A program made the position numbers and the translations under genes. A stretch of 64,000 nt of DNA from Klebsormidium nitens. Taxonomy: Eukaryota; Plantae; Klebsormidiophyceae. Of this stretch, positions 26,456 through 37,674 are shown in pieces. The stretch spans positions 62,001 through 126,000 of the forward strand of contig DF237112.1 in NCBI GenBank assembly GCA_000708835.1, given 5' to 3'. How positions within the stretch are numbered: the stretch's first letter is position 1; every line of letters starts with the position of its first letter. The notes below the pieces were generated by a model. It saw nothing but the letters and a program-made list of their open reading frames with translations. It had not been told where the DNA came from and searched no databases.

Positions 26456-29400
26456 CTAGTACTCAATCTCGAGGGGCTCAACAATCCAGCCCCGCTCCTC
26501 CAGAATGGGCCGAGCCCGGTTCGCATCCGAAACAACGACGATCTGCGCACAGCGGCAACCACTAGTGAGAGTCATCAAATTAGTTACCGGTTTCCGCTAG
26601 CTGAGGTACAAAGATGCACTTTGCAGCTTGAAGAAGCAGGCAGAGCGAGGTCGTCTGCTTATGATCAAACCTCATCGCAAGCATAAATTCCGGTCTGAAC
26701 GTAATGTTGCCTAATCAGCGCTGATGTAATTTGTACCGAGCAACTGCAAGGGTTGTCGCTCCAATCGTCAATAGCAAAGTACGCCCATATTCGTTGTGTG
26801 CAGACTCCACGTATAGATAGTCGTCCTTATTTTGAAACGTGCAACTGTTTCTTGTGTCACATGTCTTTTCAATCAAATCCTATTCTCATCCTGGGAAGCA
26901 AGGAAAGAAAGTGGTCCATTCAGAAGAGTCAACCATCCACCTCTCCGTCGGCACAGCAGCTCCACTTCACCAGGCAAGAGCACGCACATCGAATAATCCG
27001 ATTTCCCAATGGTTCAGCACCTCAATCCCTTTGGAGGCCAGATTGCTCCAATTCTCACAAATGGGGCTAAACTTAAGTGGAAGCATACGGGAAATATATT
27101 TAAAAAAGGGTAATATATGACGGAGCACAAGCGATTGTCCCAGACGTAGATTTCCCCCGGAGAGTTTTCAAGAAACGTGGGGAGGGAAAATGGGGGTCCG
27201 GGCCGAATGCTGGTCCACTCAAAAGTTGCGTCAACTCTAAAGTCATGATTAAGAACCAGGACACAGTAGGTCAACGAACGCTCCGTGCAGGGAAAAGTAA
27301 TGCTCACTTTGTGTTTGTCGGGATGCAAGTGTCTCTGGGCTGCGGCCAAAACGCTGGGCCCTGTGGTCTCCTCAACTCCGGCTTTGTATTGGAAGAGGTA
27401 GTCTTTGTCGACGCCGAACAGGTCCAAGGTCATAATACGCGACAGCTGCGCCCCACTGAGAAGAAAGAAGAGGCGGCGATTAACGAGGGCATCCTGTACA
27501 ATGTAACGCATTGGCGACCAGACACCAAGCACTTTGACTATTTTCGTCGCCGAGGCAACTTCTGCAAGATGCAACATACAGGGCGTCTAAGGACGGCTTC
27601 CTCAAGACTCGAATGCTATAAGTGCGTTTTGAAGTGCGACACCGAATAACTCGGGAAGTTTCTGCATGCAGTCCGGACTTCTCCTTGAGCGATTTCTCGC
27701 TTCCTTGTCGTCTGACGATTTCGACGACATAACCTTGGAAGCAGAGTGGCGTTTCAACCTTCTTCGAGCTTTCTTGCACGGTGCTTCTGGGGCCGTGCGC
27801 GCATTCAATTCTTCATTATTTCACCCACTAGCAGACCATCTTCGAAGCATCGACTGGTTTCTTCACGTCAATTCCGAGGAAGCCGTGGCGTTCTCAGGCC
27901 ATCAAGAGATTCGATTTCGGAAGTTGCAATCCGTATGGCCCGCGGCACGGGCAGGGTTAGCTCGGGTTAAGAGTGGGTTCGGATGCGAAGCTCGGTGAAG
28001 ATTTGGTTGACGTGTCTTATTTGGCTGGTACACTGACCCGAATGCTTTTGAGGTCAAAATGTATCAAATATCACGGTGCATCCATTACCTATCGGCAAAG
28101 TTGAAGACGAACGAGTTGAGGGACGACTCTTTAGCGCGCGACAGCTCCTCTGCGAAAGTACAAACAGCTTCAGAATTCTGCCTCCGAAGGGTTTGAACAT
28201 TGTAGTGCGCATAAGGATTTCTATACGAGGTCTTTCGTCTTATGTCGGTATTCACTTTTGAGTCAAGGAACATAGCAAAGTAGGAAAAGCGGTTGAGCGG
28301 AACGGCCAGATAGAGCGCCCCTATTGGCTTAACTTCAGAGGTAGACGAAGCGACAAGCACTCGTTACCGCCATATAATCCCGCCAATCCTCCCGTGCAAA
28401 TCTGCGTATTCATGCGCTTCCGTGAATGCACAAGTCTCGACTGCACACGAATCAATTGGGTACTACCCTTTGGATCGGCTTACACCACATTCCCAGCACC
28501 TGAATCAAAAAGAAAAGAGAGTAGGCTCTAAAATGAAAGGCCTTCACTGATGGTGACTCCAAAAGGGAAGGGAAGCTTGAGCGCTCACCCGGGCCAACTT
28601 CTTCCGTCGTGGCCACCCGCAAAACCCGTTGCGTGCTCTCGATGAACTTCGCGACAGAGTCTACCCGCGTCTCGCCGCCCCCGGAGAACAGCCCCTGACA
28701 GAAGTGAGGGTTGCTAGACTTCAGTTTCTACTGAACGAGACAGACCTGAGGATCACTGCGCAGGCTCATGTCTGAGCCACAGTCTCCACTTAAGTCCCTC
28801 CCCACCTGGAAAAGAGCCCCTGATAGAAGCGAATATCAGAATGTATTGAAGTCTGCTCAACAGAACATAGTAGTAGTGGTTGTGCAAACTCATAAACCTC
28901 GCTACGTCGTCCGTCTGCATCTCTGCATCCTTATAGAAAAGACCTTGTCAACAGAGTAAATCGATCCGGGATCGAGGCAAGGGGTCCCGATAATCTCGAC
29001 CGATGTGTCCATTCGCCTCTCTCCAGCCGCAGAAAAGAGCCACTAAAAGGCGAGAGCTTTGACTGACTTGAGCGTCTAGTAAACGTGATAAAGTCGTGAA
29101 TAGGCGAAGAGATTCTGCTAAAATGTTCAATCCACGTCTTTTGCCCGCCAGAGAGAGCCACCAGAAAAGTAAATTGTGTCTTACCTCTTACCACATTCTG
29201 CTGCTTCAAGCACACTGTTAGGAAAAACGGTATTACTTTCAGTAGATCTGGGGGGCTCGAATGATGTTGGTTATGCATGAGCTTAATGAGACTGCAAAAG
29301 CTTTGGGAAAGGACAAGAACCTATAGAAAGGGCACTTGCCTTATGGTCAATGGCGGGCGACCAGCCTCCCGAGACAGAGTAAGCCAGGCCCTCTCTTGAC

Positions 29401-32400
29401 CGGACCTGCATGGAGAAGACAACATTCTTGAGATAAGTTAGAAGCAACTTCGTATCCCTTCCGCATACCGTATGCAAGAGAGGTCAAAGCTCTAGCCGAC
29501 AAATCAGCACGGATCTTCGGGTGTCTCCAGGCTTTGAATCGACAAGGTCCAAGTAAAAAAATTGCAAGGCCCCTGCTGACGCAAGGTTGGCGCAAGACAT
29601 GCGGACCTATAAGCCCTCGCTTGCGGAAAGCACTGAAGCCCGCAAGATTTTGAAGAGCAGCTTAGGCCAGAGCCAAAAGGAAAGGGAAAAAAGTGGGGGG
29701 GAAAGTGGGACAGACGGTAGGCAGTGAGTTGGAACAAGCACGGCTGACTCATTGATGACCCAAGAAAACAATTCAAGGGAAACCTTCGGACAATCCACGG
29801 ATAAGGCCATCCATGAACCACGGATAGCACGGACAACTGTTAACTCATGGATAACCAGAGCATAACCCACCTCGTTAAAGAGACGGCCCCCGAACCCGTT
29901 CAGCACGTTGTTAAGGACGTCCAGAGCAAACACGTCGGGATCGTCGATGGTTACTCCTAACTCTCCGAATCGCACGTACCTAAGAACAAAGAACGAAGAC
30001 GATGAAGACAGCGTTTGCAAAGTGTCACGTGCTCTGGATAGCCTCGTGATTGTAAAATTTCAAAAGATTGAAATGTAGGAGTTCTTCAGCCGCCCCACAC
30101 TGCATAAGCACCATTCGACGATGAAACAGACCAAAACCAAACATTCCATTACACCAGCTTCCTACCAAGTAAATCAGCTTACGCTTTGCGTTGACCCTGG
30201 ACCGTTGACCAAGTAAACCGTCATCTGCACGTTCTTTTGCGTTCTGCCTTCAATCCAAGTTTGCCACGACCCTTTCAGAGCTGAGCAAAAATTTTGCTAC
30301 CCCGAGTTTCAAACGAACTCAACCCTGCTCACCCTTGCGTTAACCCTGGTTTGTCCACCAAGTAAACCCTCTTTTGCTCGCTGGTGCCCACTTCGTTTGC
30401 AGCAGGCTCCCCGTCCAGATACTCTTGCAGGGGTGTGCCCTTCAGGTATGGCGTCGGCGGTTTCCAAGCGCCGAAGAGTTGTTCGGTCAGCTTCTGGACG
30501 TCGGCAGTAGAAAAGTCGCCCCAGATGCCCAACACGCCCTGTTCAGGCCTGCAACATTGGGGTTTCTTTGCTTTATCCCTTTCCGTTCGCGGAAGACGAA
30601 AAACTAGTACTCAGGCTTTCCTGCTTAAGCTGAGATTTGCTGTCAGGTAAACCTCAAAGTGAAGGCGCAAAGAGTTGCTCGGTCAGCTTCTGGACGTCGG
30701 CAGTGGAAAAGTCGCCCCAGATGCCCAGGACCCCTTGCTCAGGCCTGTACAAAACAGCCGCCTTTCAAGCATTGCGTTTTTCTTTTCTTCATAGAAAGCC
30801 CGCGAGCTTATCTCTCATGACATTTGACTTTCCTTTCTTAGGGTTAGGAGACCATCTCGCTTGAATCTTGGAGGTCCAACGTGGATAAGCCGCCCCAGAT
30901 GCCCAGCAAACCTTGCTCAGGCCTGCAATATCAGGGTTTTTATCAATCTCGATTCTTTCCCATTGAAGTGGACGAGGAGAGCAACTTGACTTCTCCCGAC
31001 TCTTGACAGTATTGCAAACCAATTATCAGCATCATCGCCTGGAGTGAAGGCGGCCCAAGAGAGTTGCTCGATTCTAAGCGGCAAAGCCGCCCCAGATACC
31101 ATCGCGCCGTGTTCAGGCCCGAGAAAGATTAGAATTAATCACAAGCTTTTCGGGATTCGAACACGTGGGTAAGCGTGTAATGGATTCGCTTTGGAATCAC
31201 AGACTTTCTCCTCGGTGGATAGAAACTGCTCAAGATACGAGGACGCCTCAGTTAGGCTTGCAACGAGCGCAGCCCGCTTTCAAAACTAGTTAACATTTGA
31301 AAAAAGCATAGCCCATTTAAAATCAGTCCTCTAAAGGCTCACCGAAAGTTCGCCATATGGAAGTCCTCCACATCGCGTCTCGTCACCGCCTTGACGGTGC
31401 CCACGTCAGCAACGCGCGCATAGATGCTGTCCTTGCCGTACACGAGCTTCGGCATCTCGCGCCCGGCGATACCCCCTGGCTGCAAAGCGAGGACTGTGCT
31501 TCGGATCTTTCTCCATAATCATGAGTATCAGCCTCACTTTGTGACCCCTTTCCCATTGGGCTGATACTCATCTGCAGAAGCCGGAAGAGTTACGCTGGCG
31601 GAGACTGGCCTTCTTTGAGTGCAAGCATTTGAGTTTCGTCCGCATGGCATATTCTCTACTCGGAGCCATTTCGGCAGTGGTTTACTTGTCGCGAGCCCGA
31701 TCTCGGCAACACCAACAAAGAAGACGGTCACAAGGAAACAACCGAAAACATATCAGACACCGCTTCCCTTGAAACTGTCTTTGTTCCATTGTCTCGTGCG
31801 TTGAGTGTTTCATTTGATCAAGAAGGCTCTCAAGTCCGCTGACCAGATGCCGGTCTTCAATACACGCGTAACACAGCGGTCCTGCTTACGTCATCGTTTC
31901 TACGCGCAATGCGCCCTAGTAGCTGCTCGCGCGTCAGCTTCAGTTTGTCCTCCGGAAGGCGTGGGTTGGTCGCCACTGTCAGAACAAAGCAAGACTTTCT
32001 TTTCCTCAGGTTTTGCGTTCGACGGAAAGAGCGAGGGGTCATTTCCGATACTCATAAGCAGTGCTGTTGTTTCAGTGGATCACGTGGGCGCAAAGGAGGA
32101 CACATGGGATACGACTCAGCTTGGACCAGAAGCATACCGAAACGTATTTGAAACGAAGTTCAAGCGCTAAAGAGGCAAGCTGTTCTTCATTGACGCAATC
32201 TCTTATAATCATTACCTCGGATTGATGCAATCTCTTATGAGCATCACCTCGGATGTGTTAAAAGGACTCATTAGGGGAAGCCATCAACAGGATAAACAAG
32301 CGGTTCGGACTCAGCGCATCTGGCGATGGGTGATATTACGAATCGAGCCAGTCGGTTTGAACACGTAGTGATCTTAGGATCCAATCTATGTTGACTAGCA

Positions 32401-35400
32401 AGGAAGGTTCCGATCTCGTACCTTCTTTGAAGAGTCCGAACACCTCGCCTAAGTCTTCTGCTAGGCAGCCGAAGGAGAGCGACATCGTGGATGTACTCGC
32501 ACCGGCCTCGATGCCGGCAGCAAGCCGCTGCAGCGGAATAAGCAGACCGCCAATCAGCTGAACGTTTTTGGCTACGAAAAGCAAAGTGGTCTTTCAGAGA
32601 TGTACGGTCGTGATGGACAGAAGTACTACCTCATAGAACCGTTTCGATGCGACACCAAAGAGGTAAAATTATCTACTTTAAATGACAATGGAGAGTTGGT
32701 TTCCCTCGAATACATATTTTAGGTTCTACATGACATGTAGTATGGGAAGAAGCGGGGCGACCAAGAAGCAATTGTATCCGAGACACCGTCGAATAACGCA
32801 TGTTCGGAAACCGTCAGAGGAAGGACAACTAATTCCCGGCCGCGTGAAACGCAGATCTTCCATTTCATTCTACTTCAGCAGATCCTGCAAAGGTTCTCTG
32901 CAACTCGGAGCGCTGAGCCACGTCCACATATCGTTCATCCAGAATGCCTGCCTATTGATATAAGTTCGCTTTGTAGCGCCTCACCTCTAGTCGTTCGTCG
33001 AGCTGGTCTGCTGGGTGATCGAAGGACCCGCCTGACCGCATCACATTTGCCGTCATAGCAGCCAGCCCAATCTGAAAGGAACTAGGCAGGAAAACTTATG
33101 AGTCTTGTGTTGGAGTTTGCAACCCGTTGCCAGCCAAATATACCGTCAGCAGATGCCAAGTGTGACGATGGCGGCAATCTGCTTAGGCTGATTACACATC
33201 GTCTCGTGTTGACGCGGCGATTGCAACAAGTGCCCAGCGATGCCAGAGACAGTTTGCCTATCACACTGGGTGATAGGCAAGAACTTTGGATGGTCAATCG
33301 TTTCGGTGGGCAACAAGCTCTTCTCCTCGTTCTTTAAACGAAGTCCGCCAAGTGCAACACAAGGGGTGTCCACGCATACATCATGGCCATCACAGAAGTA
33401 GCCAAACGGTCTTCTTCGCTGCTTCTTCTAGGTCAGTGAGAGTTTTCTTGTTCCCATTTGATGGAAGCGAGACATAGGTCGGTGAGGAACAACATCTTCT
33501 CAGTTCAGAGACATATGCTGACCTTGTCTTTTGGGACGCGTTTCGTTCCGCCCTTAACCAGGAGTTGACCCCCCACTAAACCAAGCTCGTGGTCCTCCAG
33601 AAGAAAAACTCGGAGCCCGTTTGGAAGCACCAGCTACAAAGGAAAGTGTCAAGACTGGGTTGAGAATCTTTGTCAGTTCACCACAAAGCTGACTCCAAAT
33701 CCTGAGAAACTCTACCCCCAGTACTCAGAATTCCTCAAGAAGTACATAAGAGCAGCCCCCCGATTCAGCCGGTGTCTGGTCCGAGACCAGGCCAGTTAAA
33801 GGGCTAAGAAAGACGAAAGAACGAATATATGTCTCTCGCTCAGGTTCGATCAGCTGATTCGTATGACCTCACTGCCAGAGCAACAAGGTGGGCTGGCACA
33901 ACTCTTAGCGGGTTGGGTTAATTGAGCATGAGGCGAGAGCCGGTTCCTTTGGGCCTGTTTCTCAAATATACGATTCCCTGTGTGCCGAACTCGAGATTGC
34001 CACCTATTTCCGAGTAACTAAGTTAGAGGCCTAGCAGATTGTCCTACAAAAAGACAAATTAGCTCACACAAAGACTTCTCACACAGCTAACTGTACCTCC
34101 GAAAGAGGAGGGGAACGAACGCAAGAAAAGCTGGAGGAAGGCTGATTTGAGCTCACCTTGGTGTAAGCAGGCTCCTTTACATCTGGCAGAGGGGGGAAGT
34201 CGGCAGGGAGCGGAGGCGCCTCCTTCCCTCGGACGAAGTCCTCCCCAGCATGGAGCTGTTGACTGCTCATCTTGAGACTCTGCGCTGTGGGATCGGGGAT
34301 CGGCTGGATAGAGATGCTGCACGGAAGATCGAGTCTGACCTTTTTAATTGATGGAGAATACGAACTAGGTAATGGTTTCATTCCATTATACTAGAGGATG
34401 TAGAAAAAGGAAGAAGATAAATGTCACTGGCTGCTCAGCTTGGGAAGGGGTTGGCTGTAAGATGCTGCAGTCAGGCGGTTGAACTGATCCTTTTGACTCC
34501 AAACTTTCAGATTGACATACTGACTCAGCTGAAAAGGGAAAGGGCAAGAAGCAGCATCAGATGCCGGACGAGATGCACCAGCCTTTTTGCGCTCTTTCAA
34601 ACCGAACCAACGAGCTGCACTGATCAAAGTGTCATATGATGGGGCCAAAACTTATGTGAACAATTCAGCAAGTGGCATAATTTTCCACCCGAGGCAAATG
34701 AAAGAGTGCAACGCCATCGCAAGAATACAAACGAAAGCAGGTGCCTTTTGACTTGCTAATCTATTGCTGGTACCCTGTAACAGCTCGGCTCTCAAAGCAA
34801 GATCTGAAGATGATCTAACGATCCTCAGGGGGTCTACACACAAGGCTTTGGGGTCACACCCCTGTACCAAATGCCATCCACTCCTCTGGGCCAAGGTTTT
34901 TCATAAGGAGATAGTTAGTTTGTAGAGCGACATGGTTCGATGACAATAAACAACAAGGGATAGGAATGGAACTTAGCCAGTTCACCTCCCTATCATTCCT
35001 CAGAATCCAGGGAGGCTGGCACCTGCTCCAAGGTGTGCCATTTGTCCCCAACTCTGCCATAAAGAAAGCAAACGCTGCGAACAGCCAATCTGCTTCAGTT
35101 CCCCAAGGGAAATTCTTCCGTTCTACTTCTTCCTTCAGTAAACATAAAGAAGCCCTATAACCACCATATCGCACCTACATTCTGAGTTCGCCCCTCTGAC
35201 AACTGGTGCGCAGAGATGACATACCTGCTGGCAATTGAAGGGCCTGGAAGAGCGGACAGCGCAATGGCAGCGGTAAGTAGGCCAGTGGTGAGGCGCTGGA
35301 GACTCGCTCTGGCGGCGCCACTTGGCGGAACGCCCCTGGACGCTGGCCTTGATGTTGTGGCAGCTTGACTTTGCGCGTCTGAGGAACATGTTGCGATGCA

Positions 35401-35847
35401 GCTCTTGTTAGGCTTAGTATTGTTGAGCGACACTTTGCGTGTAATTGGCAGAATACATGCTTGACGGCTAAGCATGCCCTTTCCTGACAGGAACTGCCCT
35501 TTGGTACTTTTGAATGTTCTGCCGCTGACGTCGGAGACCACGTTGGAGACCCTGCATGGTTGCTCAATTCTGCATTGCATGTGAAACTTGGCGCGTGTCG
35601 ATGTTGCTTGCTGGCAACTTCGTCGATTCCCTGATACAAAGCGATTATAACTTCTTTTCAGCTGTAAGTGACCACTAAGGCTGCAATTAGGCTGCTTCAC
35701 GCTCTGCATTCTGACAGAATTTTCTCCTTGGACTACGGACAGCTTGGGGCCTAACTTGAAGGAATCCAGAGCAACAGACTCCGATGCCCTACAGCAGAAC
35801 CTGCTGGAAGTGTGCGCCTTAACCACTCCCAAGGTAGCCATTGGCAT
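26456..35847 (-). CDS. M16B (insulinase/PqqL-like) peptidase-family protein, probably non-catalytic, with a plastid-type presequence
   Basis: Exon peptides in order: MPMATLG..(S/R-rich transit peptide)..RLTTGLLTAAIALSALPGPSIA; GEDFVRGKEAPPLPADFPPLPDVKEPAYTK; LPNGLRVFLLEDHELGLVGGQLLVKGGT; GLAAMTANVMRSGGS; AGIEAGASTSTMSLSFGCLAEDL; GREMPKLVYGKDSIYAR; PEQGVLGIWGDF (30548-30333); DPDVFALDVLNNVLNGFGGRLFNE; VRSREGLAYSV; AKESSLNSFVFNF; AAQRHLHPDK; IVVVSDANRARPILEERGWIVEPLEIEY* (stop at 26456). No HXXEH was seen. Confidence 0.88.
30650..31125 (-). repeat. Three pseudo-exon copies (178-196 bp period) of the 5' part of M16 exon 30548-30333
   Basis: Exon starts are at 30548 (used), 30744 (cag intact; PEQGVLGIWGDFSTADVQKLTEQLFAPSL*), 30922 (cag intact; PEQGLLGIWGGLSTLDLQDSSEMVS*) and 31118 (acceptor mutated to cgg). 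Confidence 0.9.
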
Positions 35848-37674
35848 TGGGCATTGTAGAAGAGCTACCTCAGAAAGCACCTTGCATGGAAATGTGCTGC
35901 AGCTTGTGCAGGCAAACCCTGTGCATGAGCCAAAGGTGCGAGCTGAAAGGGCGGCCGCGAAGAAGGATTAGTGCGGCCGCGCAGACTCAATGTCGCCCGG
36001 CCACGGGGATATAGGGGCGCGCGCACCACGACCTGCTCGTCGACGTGCTGTCGTGCACAGGGAGAGGTTAACCTTCTGACCCTCAATGTGCGAATTGAGA
36101 ATTGCGCGAGTGCTGCTTCAAGCATATGGCTGAAATTGTCGGTCGGATGGTTCCTATTGAACAATAGCTTCAGCATCCAGCAATACAGGATGTTAGAATT
36201 CTAATACCGCAGGTTCTGACAGTGAAGAGCTTGGCAGGAGCTTAGCCTGAGTACTGGTGCGCACTCTGGCGCGCACAAACGAGCCTGCACGTAGAGAGCT
36301 CTAGACGATTTCTTCCCTCTTGTGCACTCTGTAATTGTACACGTGGATGTTCCTGGGAACTGCGGGGACTTGCAGACCAAATATGACCATAAAAATAATG
36401 GCCGCAAATCAATCGGACGGTCACTCTTTTGCCATGGGTCCCAGGCTAGCACGGCAGATTGCACGATTGAACTATTTCAAATCTGTCGATTTGCCCAGTG
36501 CTGGGCAGTCCGCTTATACATGCAGATCCGCCAAGTTTGTTATTGCAATGATGGACCTGCCGAATTGAATGTATACCTCATGGCGCCCCATCATAAAAAC
36601 TTTGAGCAGTCTGAGGGAGAACTCCAAACCTCTGGCATTACAATGATGGCAATCGATCTTCTAAGAGTACTGCCTGAATCATGCATTGGATAAGGGTCGA
36701 TTCTGACAATTGCTTGGAGAGCAATGCCGCAGCATGGATATATGGCCTGCAATAGTGATCCAACAATAGTGATATTCCAACAATTCGAGCAGGAATGGGG
36801 CGCTTGCTAAGGACTTTGACCATGGAAGAAGCGTGAACGCTCTAAGAGGTTGAAAAGGTGACAGCATTACGGACTGTCTAGTGGAAAGGCCTGGGAAGAG
36901 AAAGGCATAGGGACATCTAGCGTGCTTTTCTCAAGAAGGTCATTCAAAACGTTGGCTCTCTCCAAAGGGCCTTGAGCAATGTCCTCTTTATAAGATTTAC
37001 GATTAGGGCGTGGCAGGACTGGTCAGAACTCACTCTGGCCAGGGCATCGTAGTAAGAAAGCGGATGTAGGCATGGGTGAGCAACCAAAGACGGGGGATCA
37101 AAAGACGTGGAGGCAATACGAACACAGTGGAAGAAGTCAGAGATCAGCCACGTTGAGGATCACTTGTAACTCACCCTGCGGGCAGATTTTCTGAAAGCAG
37201 CATTGCCTGCCGCGGACGGGCAAGAGCAGAGATCTGTGGCCAAGCGATGTTTTCTCACTCAATGCCAAAAGGCCAGAAGCAACTGCAGATGAGCTAGCTG
37301 TCCCAACAAAGGGCAAACATCCAGAGCCGCAAGCAAAGGTTTGCTCAGCATGGGTGTCGGTTTGCTTGCTGGGAAGCGCAGGCAAGGGAGGGGCTTGCAG
37401 TGCAACCCCCGCATTGGGACCTTGTAGGAAACCAGCATCATGAATCAGATGTAAGACTTCTGCAACGCCACCCTCTTCATGGTGGTGATGGTAAACAGCT
37501 CAAAAAGCAGTCATAGCAGATTGCACTCTACTCTTCAAGAGCATTATAGTGGAAGCCTCAACGTGTCACGTTGATGTCTGTCCTTCCATTCTGCTGCTCT
37601 GGTGTTAGGCTTACGAAACTCATTCTGGGCCTGAAATCAGTCAACGCACACAGTCTTTCTCCAGGTTTGACAGG

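Noticed and set aside
32188-32255. Two-copy ~31-bp intronic duplication (also 40280-40340 and 46405-46720 direct repeats)
   Set aside because: Ordinary local duplications without a splice-junction or coding signal.
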